A stretch of DNA of 64,000 bases from Kiritimatiellia bacterium (GCA_900771325.1 CAAGNN010000031.1:4326-68325); one strand, 5' to 3'. Positions 26,887 to 37,184 are shown, counted from the first letter of the stretch. The notes: generated by a model not told the origin, from the sequence alone. Translations and numbers: made by a program.

Positions 26887-28814
26887 CCGACTGGGCCTCG
26901 CTCCTCAACCCCGAGCAGTGCGCCGCCGTCACCGCGCCCGATGGCCCGCTCCTGGTCCTGGCCGCCGCCGGCACCGGCAAGACCCGCACTCTCACCTATC
27001 GCGTGGCCTATCTGATGGAGAATGGCGTCCGCCCGGAGAACATCCTCCTGCTCACCTTCACCAACCGCGCCGCCCGGGAGATGCTCGAGCGCGCCGAACA
27101 GTTGGTCGGGCCGGCCATCGCGACCCTCTGGTCGGGCACCTTCCACCACGTCTGTCACCGCATCCTGCGCGTCTACGCCGACCGTCTGGGCTATACGCGC
27201 TCCTTCGTCATTCTCGACCGCGAGGACTCCCTCTCGCTCATCAACAAGGCCATCAAGGCCCTGGTCAGCAATGTCAAGGAGTTTCCCAAGAAGGATGTGA
27301 TGGCCGCGCTCATCGGCAAGGTGGCCAACACCGAGGGCGACCTGGCCGCCGAGGCCGCCGCCCTCTCCTTGGAGACCGGTGCCGCCCCCGAGCAAATCGT
27401 GGCCGTGGCCGAGCGTTATCAGGCCGACAAGCGCGCGGCCAACGCGATGGACTTCGACGACCTCTTGACCAACACGCTCAAGCTCCTGCGCCAGGCCCCG
27501 GAGGTCCTCGCGCGCTACGCCGAGCGCTTCCGCTACATCTTGGTGGATGAATACCAGGACACAAACACCATCCAGTCGCAGATTGTCGACCTGCTTGCCT
27601 CGCACCACCGCAACTTGATGGCGGTGGGGGACGACTTCCAGTGCATCTACACCTGGCGAGGGGCCGACTTCCGCAACATTATGGACTTCCCGAAGCGTTG
27701 GGCCGGCTGCAAAATCATCAAGCTCGAGCGCAACTACCGCTCCGTCCCGGAGATTCTCTCGGTGGCCAACGAGGTCATCGCCGGCAACCCCGAGCAGTTC
27801 CAGAAAACCCTCCTGCCCACGCGCCCGGCCGCCGGCGTCAAGCCCCTCTTGGCCTTCCTGCGCGATGCCTCCGAGCAGTCCCAGATGGTCATCCGCCAGG
27901 TCCAACGCCTCTTGGCCGACGGCCTGGCGCCCACCGACATCGCCATCCTCTACCGCTCGCATTACCACGTGATGGAGTTGGAAACCGAACTGCGCCGCCT
28001 GCAAATCGACTACGTCCTCACCTCCGGCCAGGGCTTCTACGATAGCGCCCATGTCAAGGACACCGTCTCCTTCCTCCGCCTCTGCTCGGGCACGGCCGAC
28101 CTCTTTGCCTTCACCCGCGTGATGGGCCTGCTGCCGGGCGTTGGCCCCAAGACCGCCGAGAAACTCTGGACCAAACTCGGCGAGCGCTTCGATGCCGCCC
28201 AGCCACCCGACCGCCAGGCCCTCCTCGCGCTGATGCCCAAGAAGGCCCGCCCCGACTGGGAGCTCCTTGACGCTCTCCTCGCGCGCTATCAGGAGGAGAA
28301 CCTAGAGTTCAACGGCAGCAAGGCCGTCACCCTCTTCCAGGACGCTTGGTACGACCGCTACCTCCACCGCACCTACGAGAACGCTGAGGAGCGCATTGAA
28401 GACCTCGCGGCCCTGGCCTCGCAGTTCGGCAAGAACCAGAGCGTTGGCCAATTTCTCTACGATGTGGCGCTGATGACGAATGTCGACGCGGAGTCCGCCC
28501 AGGCCCTCGCCGACCGCCCCGGCCTGCACCTCTCCACCGTCCACCAGGCCAAGGGCCTCGAGTGGCCGGCGGTCATCGTGCTGTGGTGCAATGAGGAACT
28601 CTTCCCTTCGGCCCGCGCCGTGAAGGAGGGCAACGAGGCCGAGGAGCGGCGGCTCTTCTATGTGGCCGTCACGCGCGCCAAGCGCTCGCTCCTGCTCTGC
28701 ACTCCCTCCTACCGCTTCAACCCGCGCACCGGCGAGCGCCTCTACCTCAAACCCTCGCGCTTTGTCAAATCCCTCCCCGAAAGCCTCGTCTCCAAGCGCT
28801 ACGGGATGTACTGA
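26883..28814 (+). CDS. UvrD/PcrA/Rep-family ATP-dependent DNA helicase
   Basis: Walker A AAAGTGKT, motif II LVDEYQDTN, and C-terminal LSTVHQAKGLEW..LFYVAVTRAK. ATGA overlap with uxs. Confidence 0.9.
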   Translation: MTDWASLLNPEQCAAVTAPDGPLLVLAAAGTGKTRTLTYRVAYLMENGVRPENILLLTFTNRAAREMLERAEQLVGPAIATLWSGTFHHVCHRILRVYADRLGYTRSFVILDREDSLSLINKAIKALVSNVKEFPKKDVMAALIGKVANTEGDLAAEAAALSLETGAAPEQIVAVAERYQADKRAANAMDFDDLLTNTLKLLRQAPEVLARYAERFRYILVDEYQDTNTIQSQIVDLLASHHRNLMAVGDDFQCIYTWRGADFRNIMDFPKRWAGCKIIKLERNYRSVPEILSVANEVIAGNPEQFQKTLLPTRPAAGVKPLLAFLRDASEQSQMVIRQVQRLLADGLAPTDIAILYRSHYHVMELETELRRLQIDYVLTSGQGFYDSAHVKDTVSFLRLCSGTADLFAFTRVMGLLPGVGPKTAEKLWTKLGERFDAAQPPDRQALLALMPKKARPDWELLDALLARYQEENLEFNGSKAVTLFQDAWYDRYLHRTYENAEERIEDLAALASQFGKNQSVGQFLYDVALMTNVDAESAQALADRPGLHLSTVHQAKGLEWPAVIVLWCNEELFPSARAVKEGNEAEERRLFYVAVTRAKRSLLLCTPSYRFNPRTGERLYLKPSRFVKSLPESLVSKRYGMY

Positions 28815-28818
28815 GTTT

Positions 28819-28959
28819 AGCCGACAGCCGTCAGCGGACAGCGGACAGCCGCTTACGCGACGGGCCAACCTATAGCCGAACTAATGTGCTTTAACGGCTC
28901 AGACGGGAGAGGCATATCGAGCGCCAGCGCTGTCAGCTGTCGGCTGTCAGCTGTCGGCT
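28819..28959. repeat. ~140-bp MITE-like element with heptamer-array inverted termini (copy B)
   Basis: gccgacagccgtcagcggacagcggacagccgct....acggctcagacggg....agcgccagcgctgtcagctgtcggctgtcagctgtcggc. It fills the whole convergent intergenic gap between the helicase and ftsW/rodA. Confidence 0.75.
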
Positions 28960-30278
28960 TAGCGCGCACGGTCGTGCGCGCGGTTCGTGCACGCGCAGAC
29001 CAGGCCGCAGAGGAGAAGGGTCGTGAGGAGCGAGAAGCCGCCCTGCGAGAAGAAGGGCAAGGTGATGCCCGTCATCGGCAACGCCTTGGTGACGCCCCCG
29101 ACGTTGAGCACCAACTGCACGCCCAATAGGGCCGTCAACCCCAACCCCAACAGTCGACACGGCGGCGGCAGGGCCTCGTCCATCGCCCGCGAACTGCGCC
29201 AAATCCACAGCCAAAAGCCCCCCAACACCAGCGCGCAGCCCACGAGCCCCCACTCCTCGGCCAGGGCCGCGTAGACAAAGTCGCTCGTCACAATCGGCAC
29301 GGTCCCAGGCATCCCCTCGCCCAGACCGGTCCCCCATAGGCCGCCGGCAAACTGCGCGCAGAGGCTCTGGCCAATCTGCCAACCCTTGCCGGTGGGGTCC
29401 TGGAAGGGGTCGAGCCAGACGGCGAACCGGGCCGCGCTATGCGCCGAGAGGAAGCGGATCCCCCACCCCGCCGCTGCGGCCGCGCCCAGCCCCACCGCCA
29501 GCCACCCCACCTTCCGCGTGGCCGCGCAGAGCATTAACATCAGCGTTAGGCAGAGAATGAGGACAAGCCCCAGGTCGCGCACCGCCACCGCGCCCGCCAG
29601 CGGCACGCCCCACAACACCGCCAGAGCCAACGCCTCGCGTAACGGCGGCACGGGCACCCCGGCAACCGTCCGCGCCAGCGCCTCGCTCCGCGCCGGCAAC
29701 CACGCAGCTGTAAAGGCCACCAAGAGCACCTTGACCAATTCCGTGGGGTTGATCTGCCCCGGGAGGAACATCCCTCCGCGATAACTGCGCCCGAAGAGCC
29801 GCAAAGCCGCCAGGACCCCCAGCGCCCCCAACCAGCAGACCCACTGCACGCGCGGCAGGGCGGCGGCCACCGTCTCGGCACGCAAACAGCGTAGGCAGAA
29901 GAGCCACCCGAACACGCCCCCCAGGAGCGGCAGGTAGGCCCGCCAGGCGTGCCACGCCTCGGCCCAGGTCCCCAACCGCCACTGCTCCACAATGCCCAGC
30001 CCCAGCAAAAGCAGCGTCAGGGCCACGACAAGGCGGTCCCCGCCAAAGCGGCTCGGCCGCGTTACCCACCAACTCGCCAAGAGCGCCCCGAGCCAAAGCA
30101 GGAGGGGCGCGAAGAAGGCCCCGGGCGTGAGCGCATCGCTGCTCAGGCGCATCATCGCCACCGGGAAGGCCGCCGCCCCCACGCACGCCACCACCGCCAG
30201 GAAGACGCCCCCGCCGGCAACCGCTCCGGCCGCCGGTTTGACCGCTTTGGGAGCGCGCTTTTTTCGGGGTTTGGCCAT
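28959..30278 (-). CDS. FtsW/RodA/SpoVE (SEDS) family peptidoglycan polymerase
   Basis: Polytopic membrane protein with SDFVYAALAEEWGLVG and LPMTGITLPFFSQGGFSLL motifs. Confidence 0.85.
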   Translation of the reverse strand: MAKPRKKRAPKAVKPAAGAVAGGGVFLAVVACVGAAAFPVAMMRLSSDALTPGAFFAPLLLWLGALLASWWVTRPSRFGGDRLVVALTLLLLGLGIVEQWRLGTWAEAWHAWRAYLPLLGGVFGWLFCLRCLRAETVAAALPRVQWVCWLGALGVLAALRLFGRSYRGGMFLPGQINPTELVKVLLVAFTAAWLPARSEALARTVAGVPVPPLREALALAVLWGVPLAGAVAVRDLGLVLILCLTLMLMLCAATRKVGWLAVGLGAAAAAGWGIRFLSAHSAARFAVWLDPFQDPTGKGWQIGQSLCAQFAGGLWGTGLGEGMPGTVPIVTSDFVYAALAEEWGLVGCALVLGGFWLWIWRSSRAMDEALPPPCRLLGLGLTALLGVQLVLNVGGVTKALPMTGITLPFFSQGGFSLLTTLLLCGLVCACTNRAHDRAR

Positions 30279-30282
30279 TGCC

Positions 30283-30969
30283 TCAGGCCTGCAACTTGCC
30301 GTCGGTCAACGTCAGCACGCGGCTGCACCGCGCGGCCGTCTCGGGATTGTGCGTGACCATCACCAAGAGGGCGTTCTGCTCGCGCACCAACTCGAAGAGC
30401 AGGTCCAGAACCCGTTCGCCGGTCGCGGCATCCAAGTTGCCGGTCGGCTCGTCGGCCAGGATTAGTGGCGGCTCGTTCATCAACGCCCGGGCAATGGCCG
30501 CGCGCTGCTGTTCGCCGCCGGAGAGTTCTAGAGGCGTATGGCGCAGACGCCCGGCAAGCCCCACGCGCGCAAGGAGCGCCTCGGCCCGCGCACGCAAGCG
30601 CTTGGCCGAAAAGCGCCCCAGGGCCATCGCCGGGAGCATCACATTCTCGGTAATATCCATCTCCGGCAAGAGGTGATAGGCCTGGAAGACGAAGCCGATA
30701 CGCTCGGCGCGCAGCCGCGTCCGCCGCCGGGCCGAGAGCGCGTAGAGCGGCAGACCGTCGACCGTCACCTCGCCGGCCTCCGGGCGGTCCAAGCCGCCGA
30801 GCACATGCAGGAGGGTCGACTTGCCGGCACCGCTACGGCCGATGATGGCCACCGTCTCGCCGCGTTCGGCCGAGAAGTCCGCCTGCCGGAGAATCTCCAG
30901 GCGCTTGCCGTGGAGGGTGTAGGCTTTGCACAAACCAGTGGCCGCGAGGGCCGAAGAGGGGGTAGACAT
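30283..30969 (-). CDS. lolD: ABC transporter ATP-binding protein, LolD/MacB-type
   Basis: GRSGAGKST Walker A, LSGGEQQR signature, LILADEPTGNLD Walker B. ATG 30969 lies 4 nt after the permease stop, so I reject the 31041 start. Confidence 0.8.
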   Translation of the reverse strand: MSTPSSALAATGLCKAYTLHGKRLEILRQADFSAERGETVAIIGRSGAGKSTLLHVLGGLDRPEAGEVTVDGLPLYALSARRRTRLRAERIGFVFQAYHLLPEMDITENVMLPAMALGRFSAKRLRARAEALLARVGLAGRLRHTPLELSGGEQQRAAIARALMNEPPLILADEPTGNLDAATGERVLDLLFELVREQNALLVMVTHNPETAARCSRVLTLTDGKLQA

Positions 30970-30973
30970 TGGC

Positions 30974-32227
30974 TTACTCCTTGCGCAGGGCATCGACAGG
31001 ATCCATCGCGGCGGCCCGCCACGCCGGCAGGAGCGACGCAAGGGCGCAGAAGCCCACCACCATCACCGCCACCTGCACCACCTCCAGCGCCTCCACGCGC
31101 CAAGGAAGCGCATCCAGACCGTAAACCGCCTTCGGGAAGACCTCCACCCCGACATGCGCCAACGCCTCCACTAGGCTCTGCAAGTTGCACAGCACCAGGA
31201 AGGCCAGGGCAATCCCCAGCGCCGTCCCCACCACGCACTGGACCCAGCCATAACAGACAAAGGTCATCGCCAACTGCCGCGTCGAGAAGCCCAACGCCTT
31301 GAGCAGACCAATCTCGTGGGTCTTCTGCACCGTAATGACGATAATAGTGTTCACCACGCAGAAGATGGCCACCACGCTGATGAAGATCAGCAGCAGCGTC
31401 ATCATATTCTTCTCCGTGGCCACCGCGTTGAAGATGAGGCGGTCGAGCTGCTGCCAGGTGCTAATCGTCAGCGCCCGATAAGGCATCCGCGCCTGCGCCA
31501 CCTCGCGCACCTGCGCCAAGAGCGGGTCGGGCTCCAACCCAAAGGGCGAGAGCGCCTGCGGATCGGCCACGCGCAGCGAGACGCTGTTCGCGCCAATCTC
31601 CACCCCCGCCAAATCCCGCGCCACCGGCAGCGACACGAAGAGATACCCGCCATCAAACTCCGCCTGACCCGTCTGGTAAATCCCCCGCACCGTCAGCCGC
31701 TCGGGGAAGTAAATCTCGTCGCGCTTGACCAAATTCATCGGCGAATAGACCATCAACTCGTCGTTCACCCCCACCATCAACCGCGCGGCCATATCAATCC
31801 CGAGGACCACCCCCTCGCCACTCACGTCAAAGCGCCCATTCCACATCTCAAAGGGCAACATCTTCTGCACCCGCTCGCTATCCACCCCCAGGAGGATCGG
31901 CGCCAAAATCCGCCCGTTATACTCCGCCAGCACCCGCGTCTCGATACTCGGCGAAGCCGCCTCCACCCCCGCAATCCCATCCAGTGCCCGGCACAACCCC
32001 TCCTCCCCCACCAACGGCTGACGGTTCGCCGCCTGAATCACAATATGCGGCTTGAAGGCCAAAATCTTCTGCTGCCACGTATCGCCAAATCCCGTAAAGA
32101 CCGCCCGGACGATAATCACAATCGCCACCCCAATCGTCACCCCCAACACCGAGAGCACCGTCACGACCGAAGCCACCCCGCGCCGAGGGCGTAGATACTT
32201 AAGCGCCAAGAACATCGAAAACATCAT
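30974..32227 (-). CDS. LolC/LolE-family (FtsX-type) lipoprotein-release permease
   Basis: MMFSMFLALKYLRPRR N-terminus, a large periplasmic loop, and a C-terminal FtsX-like 3-TM bundle (IGLLKALGFS). Confidence 0.8.
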   Translation of the reverse strand: MMFSMFLALKYLRPRRGVASVVTVLSVLGVTIGVAIVIIVRAVFTGFGDTWQQKILAFKPHIVIQAANRQPLVGEEGLCRALDGIAGVEAASPSIETRVLAEYNGRILAPILLGVDSERVQKMLPFEMWNGRFDVSGEGVVLGIDMAARLMVGVNDELMVYSPMNLVKRDEIYFPERLTVRGIYQTGQAEFDGGYLFVSLPVARDLAGVEIGANSVSLRVADPQALSPFGLEPDPLLAQVREVAQARMPYRALTISTWQQLDRLIFNAVATEKNMMTLLLIFISVVAIFCVVNTIIVITVQKTHEIGLLKALGFSTRQLAMTFVCYGWVQCVVGTALGIALAFLVLCNLQSLVEALAHVGVEVFPKAVYGLDALPWRVEALEVVQVAVMVVGFCALASLLPAWRAAAMDPVDALRKE

Positions 32228-32303
32228 ACCGCCATTCTACCAAATCCCTCCCCGCCCCGCTCGCCTTACGCGGCAGAAAGAGCACTTTTGGCCACAGACA
32301 CAA

Positions 32304-32333
32304 CACCTGCTAGCCGCGAACGGCTAGCAGGTG
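32304..32333 (-). terminator. Perfect 13-bp hairpin (CACCTGCTAGCCG-cgaa-CGGCTAGCAGGTG) downstream of the LRR gene
   Basis: Read directly. It sits 17 nt past the stop at 32350 on the minus strand and is followed by a T/G-rich tract. Confidence 0.6.
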
Positions 32334-32349
32334 TGAGCGAAGCGAATCC

Positions 32350-35346
32350 TTACTTGCTAATACGGATGCGATAGAAGGCGGAGGGGCCGCGCTTGGTGGG
32401 GTTCGGGGTCCACGTCTCACCGTTGCCAACCGTGCTCGCGCCCTCGGTGAGACTATCGAGCGAGTCACCTTCCAGGAGGATATAGGTGAGGCCGGGCTTC
32501 GTCTTGGCGGTGGTGAGCGGTTGCTTGGCCGAGGGGTCAAAGACCGCCCCGCCCTCGGCAGAGGTGTCAAGAATCGCCTCGGCAATCGCGGCCTGGACAT
32601 CGACCTTCGAGAGGTCTATCGTCCCCTCCCCTGCCTTCGTGAAGTCAAGGAACTCGGTAATATCGTAGCGCTTCTCGCCGTCGACCTTGACCACCTTGAC
32701 GGTCGCGCCATTCGCCGTCACGCTCGTGGCTGTGCTCGGCACCTCAACGCTCACCTTGCCCGCCTCCACCCCCTCAGGAATGGACACCACAACCTCCCCC
32801 ACCCCCTCGCTCGGCTTAACCACCCACCCCGTCTCCGCAGAACCCTCAATGGTGGCCCCCTCATCGCCAGGCACAGATGGCTTCTCTACCGCTGCCGCGC
32901 GTTCCATCACGAGCCCGTGCCACATCCCGTCCACAATCTCTGCCTCCCACGCTGCCGCATACGCCGCCGAATAATAGCCCTGTGTTCCCGCAGGGAAACT
33001 CGAACTATAAGCCCAACACGGCTTTCCAGAGAAAGTCACCGAGGTCAGAGAAGTGCAATAGCGGAACGCAGAGTGGCCGATATAGGTCACGTTCGCAGGA
33101 ATCCTCACAGAGGTCATTCGCCAGCAACCATCAAACGCATAGTCGCCGATGGTGGTCACGCCTTCGGGAAGCGTGACAGAGGTCAAATCACAATCACGAA
33201 ATGCCCCTTCGCCAATGGAGGTCACACTCGAGGGAATCATCACCGAAGTCAGAGAAAAGCAAGAGTCAAACGCCCAGTCGCCAATAGAGGTTACGCCTTC
33301 GGGAAGCGTGACAGAGGTCAAATCACAATGGGCGAATGCTCCATCGCCAATGGAGGTCACCCCCTCGGGGACCCGATACTCGCCTTCTACACCTAAAGCA
33401 GCTATAAGCGTCGTCTTCTCTTTATTAAATAGAGATCCTCCTAGCAAGGAAAAACAGGTATTATCGGCACTTAGCGAGATGGTAAGCGAAGGACAGCCGC
33501 TAAATGTAGCCGCTCCAATACTTGTCACACTCGAGGGAATCGTCACCGAGGTCAGAGAAAAGCAAGACTCAAACGCCCAGTCGCCAATAGAAGTTACTCC
33601 CTCGGGAAGCGTGACAGAGGTCAAATTACAATCGGCGAATGCATAGTCACCGATAGTAATCACTCCTTTTGGAATCATCACTGATGTCAAATTACAATAG
33701 GCAAATGCTCCATCGCCAATGGAGGTCACCCCCTCAGGAACCCGATACTCGCCTTCCACACCGGGAGCAGCTAGAAGCGTTGTCCTCGTTTTATCAAATA
33801 GAAGTCCCTCTTGCGCGGAGAAGTAGGCGTTGTCCTCACTGACCGAGAACTCCAGTGAATAACATTCGCTAAATGCAGTCGCTCCAATCCTTGTCACACT
33901 CGCAGGGATCGTTACTGCAGTCAGAGCAGTCCCCCGAAACGCCCCGTAGCCAATGGAAGTCACGCCCTCGGGAATCTCCACCGAACTCAGAGCGCATTTG
34001 TCAAACGCCCACTGACCAATGGAGGTCACACCTGCAGGGAGTTCCACCGAGCTCAGACCGCACCCAGCAAACACAGAGTCATCGATGAGGGTCAAGCCAG
34101 ACGGAATCGTCACCGAGGTCAAAGAATTGCACCAATAGAATGCGTGGTTATCGATAGTTGTTACGCTTTCAGGAATCGTCACCGAGAGCAAAGAAGAGCA
34201 ATAGGCAAACGCCCCCTCACCAATAGATGTCACCCCCTCAGGAATCTTTACCGAGACTAGAGCATCATCCCAACCGAACGCATCTTCGCCGATAGCGGTG
34301 ACGGGATAGCCGCCGAGGGTGGTGGGGATGACGAGGTCGCCAGCGTAGTCTGTGGAGAACCCGGTGATCGTGACTTCACCATTGGAGACTGTGTAAGTGA
34401 AAAGATCCTCCTCTGGCGAATCCACTTCCTCCGCCAGGGTCATACTCAACCCGTTCCACATCCCGTCCACGATCTCCGCCTCCCACGCCGCCGCATACGC
34501 CGCCGGATAAAACCCTGGCACATTCACCGGGAATGTCGATTCAACCACCGCACACGGCTTTCCCAAGAAAGTCACCGCTGTTAGAGAACTACATTCCTCG
34601 AACGCCCCATAACCGATAGAAGTCACGCTATCGGGAATCGTCACCGAGGGCAGAGAACTGCAACCGAAGAACGCACAGTCGCCGATGGAGGTCACGCCTG
34701 CAGGAATCACCATTGAGGCCAAAGAACTACAACTGGAAAACGAATACCTGCCGATGGTGGTCAAACTCTTAGGAATTGTCACCGAGGTTAGAGAAGTGCA
34801 ACCCCTGAACGCCGCGTCACCAATAGAGGTCACGCCCTCGGGAATCACATAATCTCCAGTTACACTAGGTGCAGCAAGAAGCGCCGTGTATCCCTTATTA
34901 AACAAACACCCCTCTTGTGACGCATACGAAGAATTACCGGAATCCACTGCAATAACTAGAGAACTGCACCCAGAGAACGCATCTTTGCCAATACTAGTCA
35001 CACCTGCAGGAATCATCACCGAAGTCAGAGAGCTGCACTCGTCGAACGCATAGCGACCGATAGTGGTCACACTTGAAGGAATCGTCACCGAAGTTAAAGC
35101 GCTACAAAAAGAGAATGCTGCTTCGCCGATGGCGGTGACGGGGTAGCCGCCGAGGGTGGAGGGAATGCCGAGGTCGCCGGAGTAGGACTCCGGAAAGTCG
35201 GTGATTGTGGCTTGGCCGTTGGTGACGGAATAGGTGAAGTCTCCCTCGGTTTCGGCGAGGAGAGGGACGGAGAGGAGGAGAATAAAGAGGAGGAGGATGT
35301 GGCGGCGGATGGCGGTCAGGGGGAAGAGGCGTAAAAGACGGTTCAT
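32350..35346 (-). CDS. BspA-type leucine-rich repeat (LRR_5) cell-surface protein, 998 aa
   Basis: Signal peptide MNRLLRLFPLTAIRRHILLLFILLLSVPLLA. Dozens of repeats of the form IPxGVTSIGxxAFxxCxSLTSVTIP. Confidence 0.9.
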   Translation of the reverse strand: MNRLLRLFPLTAIRRHILLLFILLLSVPLLAETEGDFTYSVTNGQATITDFPESYSGDLGIPSTLGGYPVTAIGEAAFSFCSALTSVTIPSSVTTIGRYAFDECSSLTSVMIPAGVTSIGKDAFSGCSSLVIAVDSGNSSYASQEGCLFNKGYTALLAAPSVTGDYVIPEGVTSIGDAAFRGCTSLTSVTIPKSLTTIGRYSFSSCSSLASMVIPAGVTSIGDCAFFGCSSLPSVTIPDSVTSIGYGAFEECSSLTAVTFLGKPCAVVESTFPVNVPGFYPAAYAAAWEAEIVDGMWNGLSMTLAEEVDSPEEDLFTYTVSNGEVTITGFSTDYAGDLVIPTTLGGYPVTAIGEDAFGWDDALVSVKIPEGVTSIGEGAFAYCSSLLSVTIPESVTTIDNHAFYWCNSLTSVTIPSGLTLIDDSVFAGCGLSSVELPAGVTSIGQWAFDKCALSSVEIPEGVTSIGYGAFRGTALTAVTIPASVTRIGATAFSECYSLEFSVSEDNAYFSAQEGLLFDKTRTTLLAAPGVEGEYRVPEGVTSIGDGAFAYCNLTSVMIPKGVITIGDYAFADCNLTSVTLPEGVTSIGDWAFESCFSLTSVTIPSSVTSIGAATFSGCPSLTISLSADNTCFSLLGGSLFNKEKTTLIAALGVEGEYRVPEGVTSIGDGAFAHCDLTSVTLPEGVTSIGDWAFDSCFSLTSVMIPSSVTSIGEGAFRDCDLTSVTLPEGVTTIGDYAFDGCWRMTSVRIPANVTYIGHSAFRYCTSLTSVTFSGKPCWAYSSSFPAGTQGYYSAAYAAAWEAEIVDGMWHGLVMERAAAVEKPSVPGDEGATIEGSAETGWVVKPSEGVGEVVVSIPEGVEAGKVSVEVPSTATSVTANGATVKVVKVDGEKRYDITEFLDFTKAGEGTIDLSKVDVQAAIAEAILDTSAEGGAVFDPSAKQPLTTAKTKPGLTYILLEGDSLDSLTEGASTVGNGETWTPNPTKRGPSAFYRIRISK

Positions 35347-35547
35347 TGTGGACTCCTTTACGAGGGCTAAGGCGAACGACGGCTACTATTCTACCCCCCG
35401 ATGGGCCTCTAGGTCAAGCGATTTTTTGCATTCGATGGGCGGCGCACCTGCGAGGAACTGCTCGCCCCACCCCCTTGGGAGCGTCGACCGCTCCACCTCG
35501 GCAAAGGCACTCGCTGGGCACACGCGCGCGAGAACCCATTGTTATTC

Positions 35548-35694
35548 GAGGTACGCGCGCGCACGCGCGAAGCTTGAATTGGTCTTCGGAGTAGGCTGTG
35601 CAAAACCGACTCGCCCCGGGTTCACCTTGCATCCGCCCCGGGTTCGCCTCCGACCCGGGGCGAGTGGCCTGGCGGAGCAGACCACTGCAAAACG
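35548..35694. repeat. Composite intergenic repeat (alternating GC tract, gtgcaaaac module, inverted CCCGGGG units, conserved end module)
   Basis: gaggtacgcgcgcgcacgcgcg (35548-35569), gtgcaaaaccgactcgccccggg, then units in the opposite orientation to 23596-23716. It ends in cccggggcgagtggcctggcggagcagaccactgcaaaacgc. Confidence 0.8.
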
Positions 35695-35845
35695 CTTCAT
35701 AGCACCTCCTCACCTCCCATTCGGGGCGGTTCATCGGAGGCCGAAGCCTACACCTCCCCTCCCCTGGACCCTCCTCCGCGGCACGCGCCCTGTCGACTGT
35801 CCACTGTCCACTGTTGACTAAGAGCGCAGCGAACGCACAAGAGGC

Positions 35846-35874
35846 TTGCTGTTTGCGCCGGAAAGGTCTATACT
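35846..35874 (+). promoter_or_regulatory. Sigma70-type promoter of nagA
   Basis: TTGCTG (35846-35851), 17-nt spacer, TATACT (35869-35874). RBS aaaggag at 35893-35899. Confidence 0.55.
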
Positions 35875-35906
35875 ATGGACAGTCATCACAGAAAAGGAGT
35901 GCCATT

Positions 35907-37070
35907 ATGGCTAAAGGTCTCATTAAGAATGCGTATATTGTCAGCCCCGGGTACGAGTTCGACGGCGGGGCCATCGTCATCGAGAACGGCAAGATTGCCA
36001 AGGTGTTGCAGCCGGGTACGCCGCTTCCGACGGATGCCGATTGGGTCTATGATGCTGAGGGCAACCTGGTGATGCCTGGCTTCATCGATGTGCATACCCA
36101 CGGCGCGGTGGGCGTGGATGTCTGCGATGCCGACGATCCGACCGCGATTGAGAAGATTGCGAAGGCGAAGTTGGAAGAGGGTTGCACCGCGTGGTGCCCG
36201 ACCACGCTCACCCTGCCGCCCGAGCAGCTGGAGGCTTCGCTCAAGCACGTGGCCGAGTATCGCAAGAGCGAGAAGTACTCGAAGGTCCTGGGCGTGCACC
36301 TGGAGGGGCCCTTCGTCAACCCGGCTTGCTGTGGCGCGCAGAATCCTGCCTATCTCCGCAAGCCCGACATTGAAGAGGTCAAGCGCTTGCACGCCATTAC
36401 TCCGGTCTGCCAGGTCTCCTACGCGCCTGAAGCGGAAGTGGGCGACGGTGCGAAGTTCGCGCGCGACTGCCTGGAGATGGGCATTGTCCCCTCCGCCGGC
36501 CACACCAAGTGCTCCTACAAGGAGTTTAAGGCTATCTACGCTGCCGGTCTGCGCCACCTGACGCACTTCTGCAACCAGATGACCCCGCTCCACCACCGCG
36601 ACATCGGCCTGGTCGGTGCCGGGCTGCTTCTCGACGACCTGCGCGCCGAGATGATTTGCGACAAGATCCACCTCTGCCCCGAGATGATTGAGCTCGCTTT
36701 CCAAACCAAGGACCCCGAGACCATCCTCTTGATTACCGACTCGATGCGCGCCAGCCACATGCCCGACGGCCCCTCCAGCCTCGGCGGGTTGGACGTGATT
36801 GTGAAGGACGGCGCGGCGCGTCTGGCCTCCAATGGCGCTCTGGCCGGCTCCATCCTGAAGATGAATGTGGCCCTCAAGAATGTCTGGGAGATCACCGGTA
36901 TGCCCCTGAGCGTCCTGGTGAAGACCACCTCCTACAACCAGGCCCTCGAGCACGGCTTGGAGGACACCCTCGGCTGCATCGAGCCCGGCTACACCGCCGA
37001 CATCACCGTTCTCGACGACGAATCTTTCGCCGTCAAGGCGGTCTTCATCGACGGCGAGAAGCGCCTGTAA
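35907..37070 (+). CDS. nagA: N-acetylglucosamine-6-phosphate deacetylase
   Basis: GFIDVHTHG metal motif and overall NagA-like sequence. ATG 35907 follows the RBS, so I reject the 35814 start. Confidence 0.85.
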   Translation: MAKGLIKNAYIVSPGYEFDGGAIVIENGKIAKVLQPGTPLPTDADWVYDAEGNLVMPGFIDVHTHGAVGVDVCDADDPTAIEKIAKAKLEEGCTAWCPTTLTLPPEQLEASLKHVAEYRKSEKYSKVLGVHLEGPFVNPACCGAQNPAYLRKPDIEEVKRLHAITPVCQVSYAPEAEVGDGAKFARDCLEMGIVPSAGHTKCSYKEFKAIYAAGLRHLTHFCNQMTPLHHRDIGLVGAGLLLDDLRAEMICDKIHLCPEMIELAFQTKDPETILLITDSMRASHMPDGPSSLGGLDVIVKDGAARLASNGALAGSILKMNVALKNVWEITGMPLSVLVKTTSYNQALEHGLEDTLGCIEPGYTADITVLDDESFAVKAVFIDGEKRL

Positions 37071-37098
37071 GCTCCTTGCTTGGCGCAATACACACGAG

Positions 37099-37132
37099 GC
37101 GCGCGGTCCCACGGCCGCGCGTCACGTTTTTT
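37099..37132 (+). terminator. Rho-independent terminator of nagA
   Basis: CGCGCGG..CCGCGCG stem followed by tcacgtttttt. Confidence 0.6.
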
Positions 37133-37184
37133 ACACCTGCCCCGCCAATGTGACCTCCTCATTGTCCGCGGCGCGCGAAAGCGA

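Noticed and set aside
26865-28052. 395-aa minus ORF, plus 26074..26682(-) and the alternative + frames 26645..27550 and 25467..26027
   Set aside because: They overlap the UXS and UvrD-family genes, which carry canonical catalytic motifs. The alternative frames are Arg/Pro/Ala-rich.
35886-37112. 408-aa minus ORF opposite nagA
   Set aside because: It is an antisense shadow. nagA has a promoter, RBS, HxH motif and terminator on the + strand.
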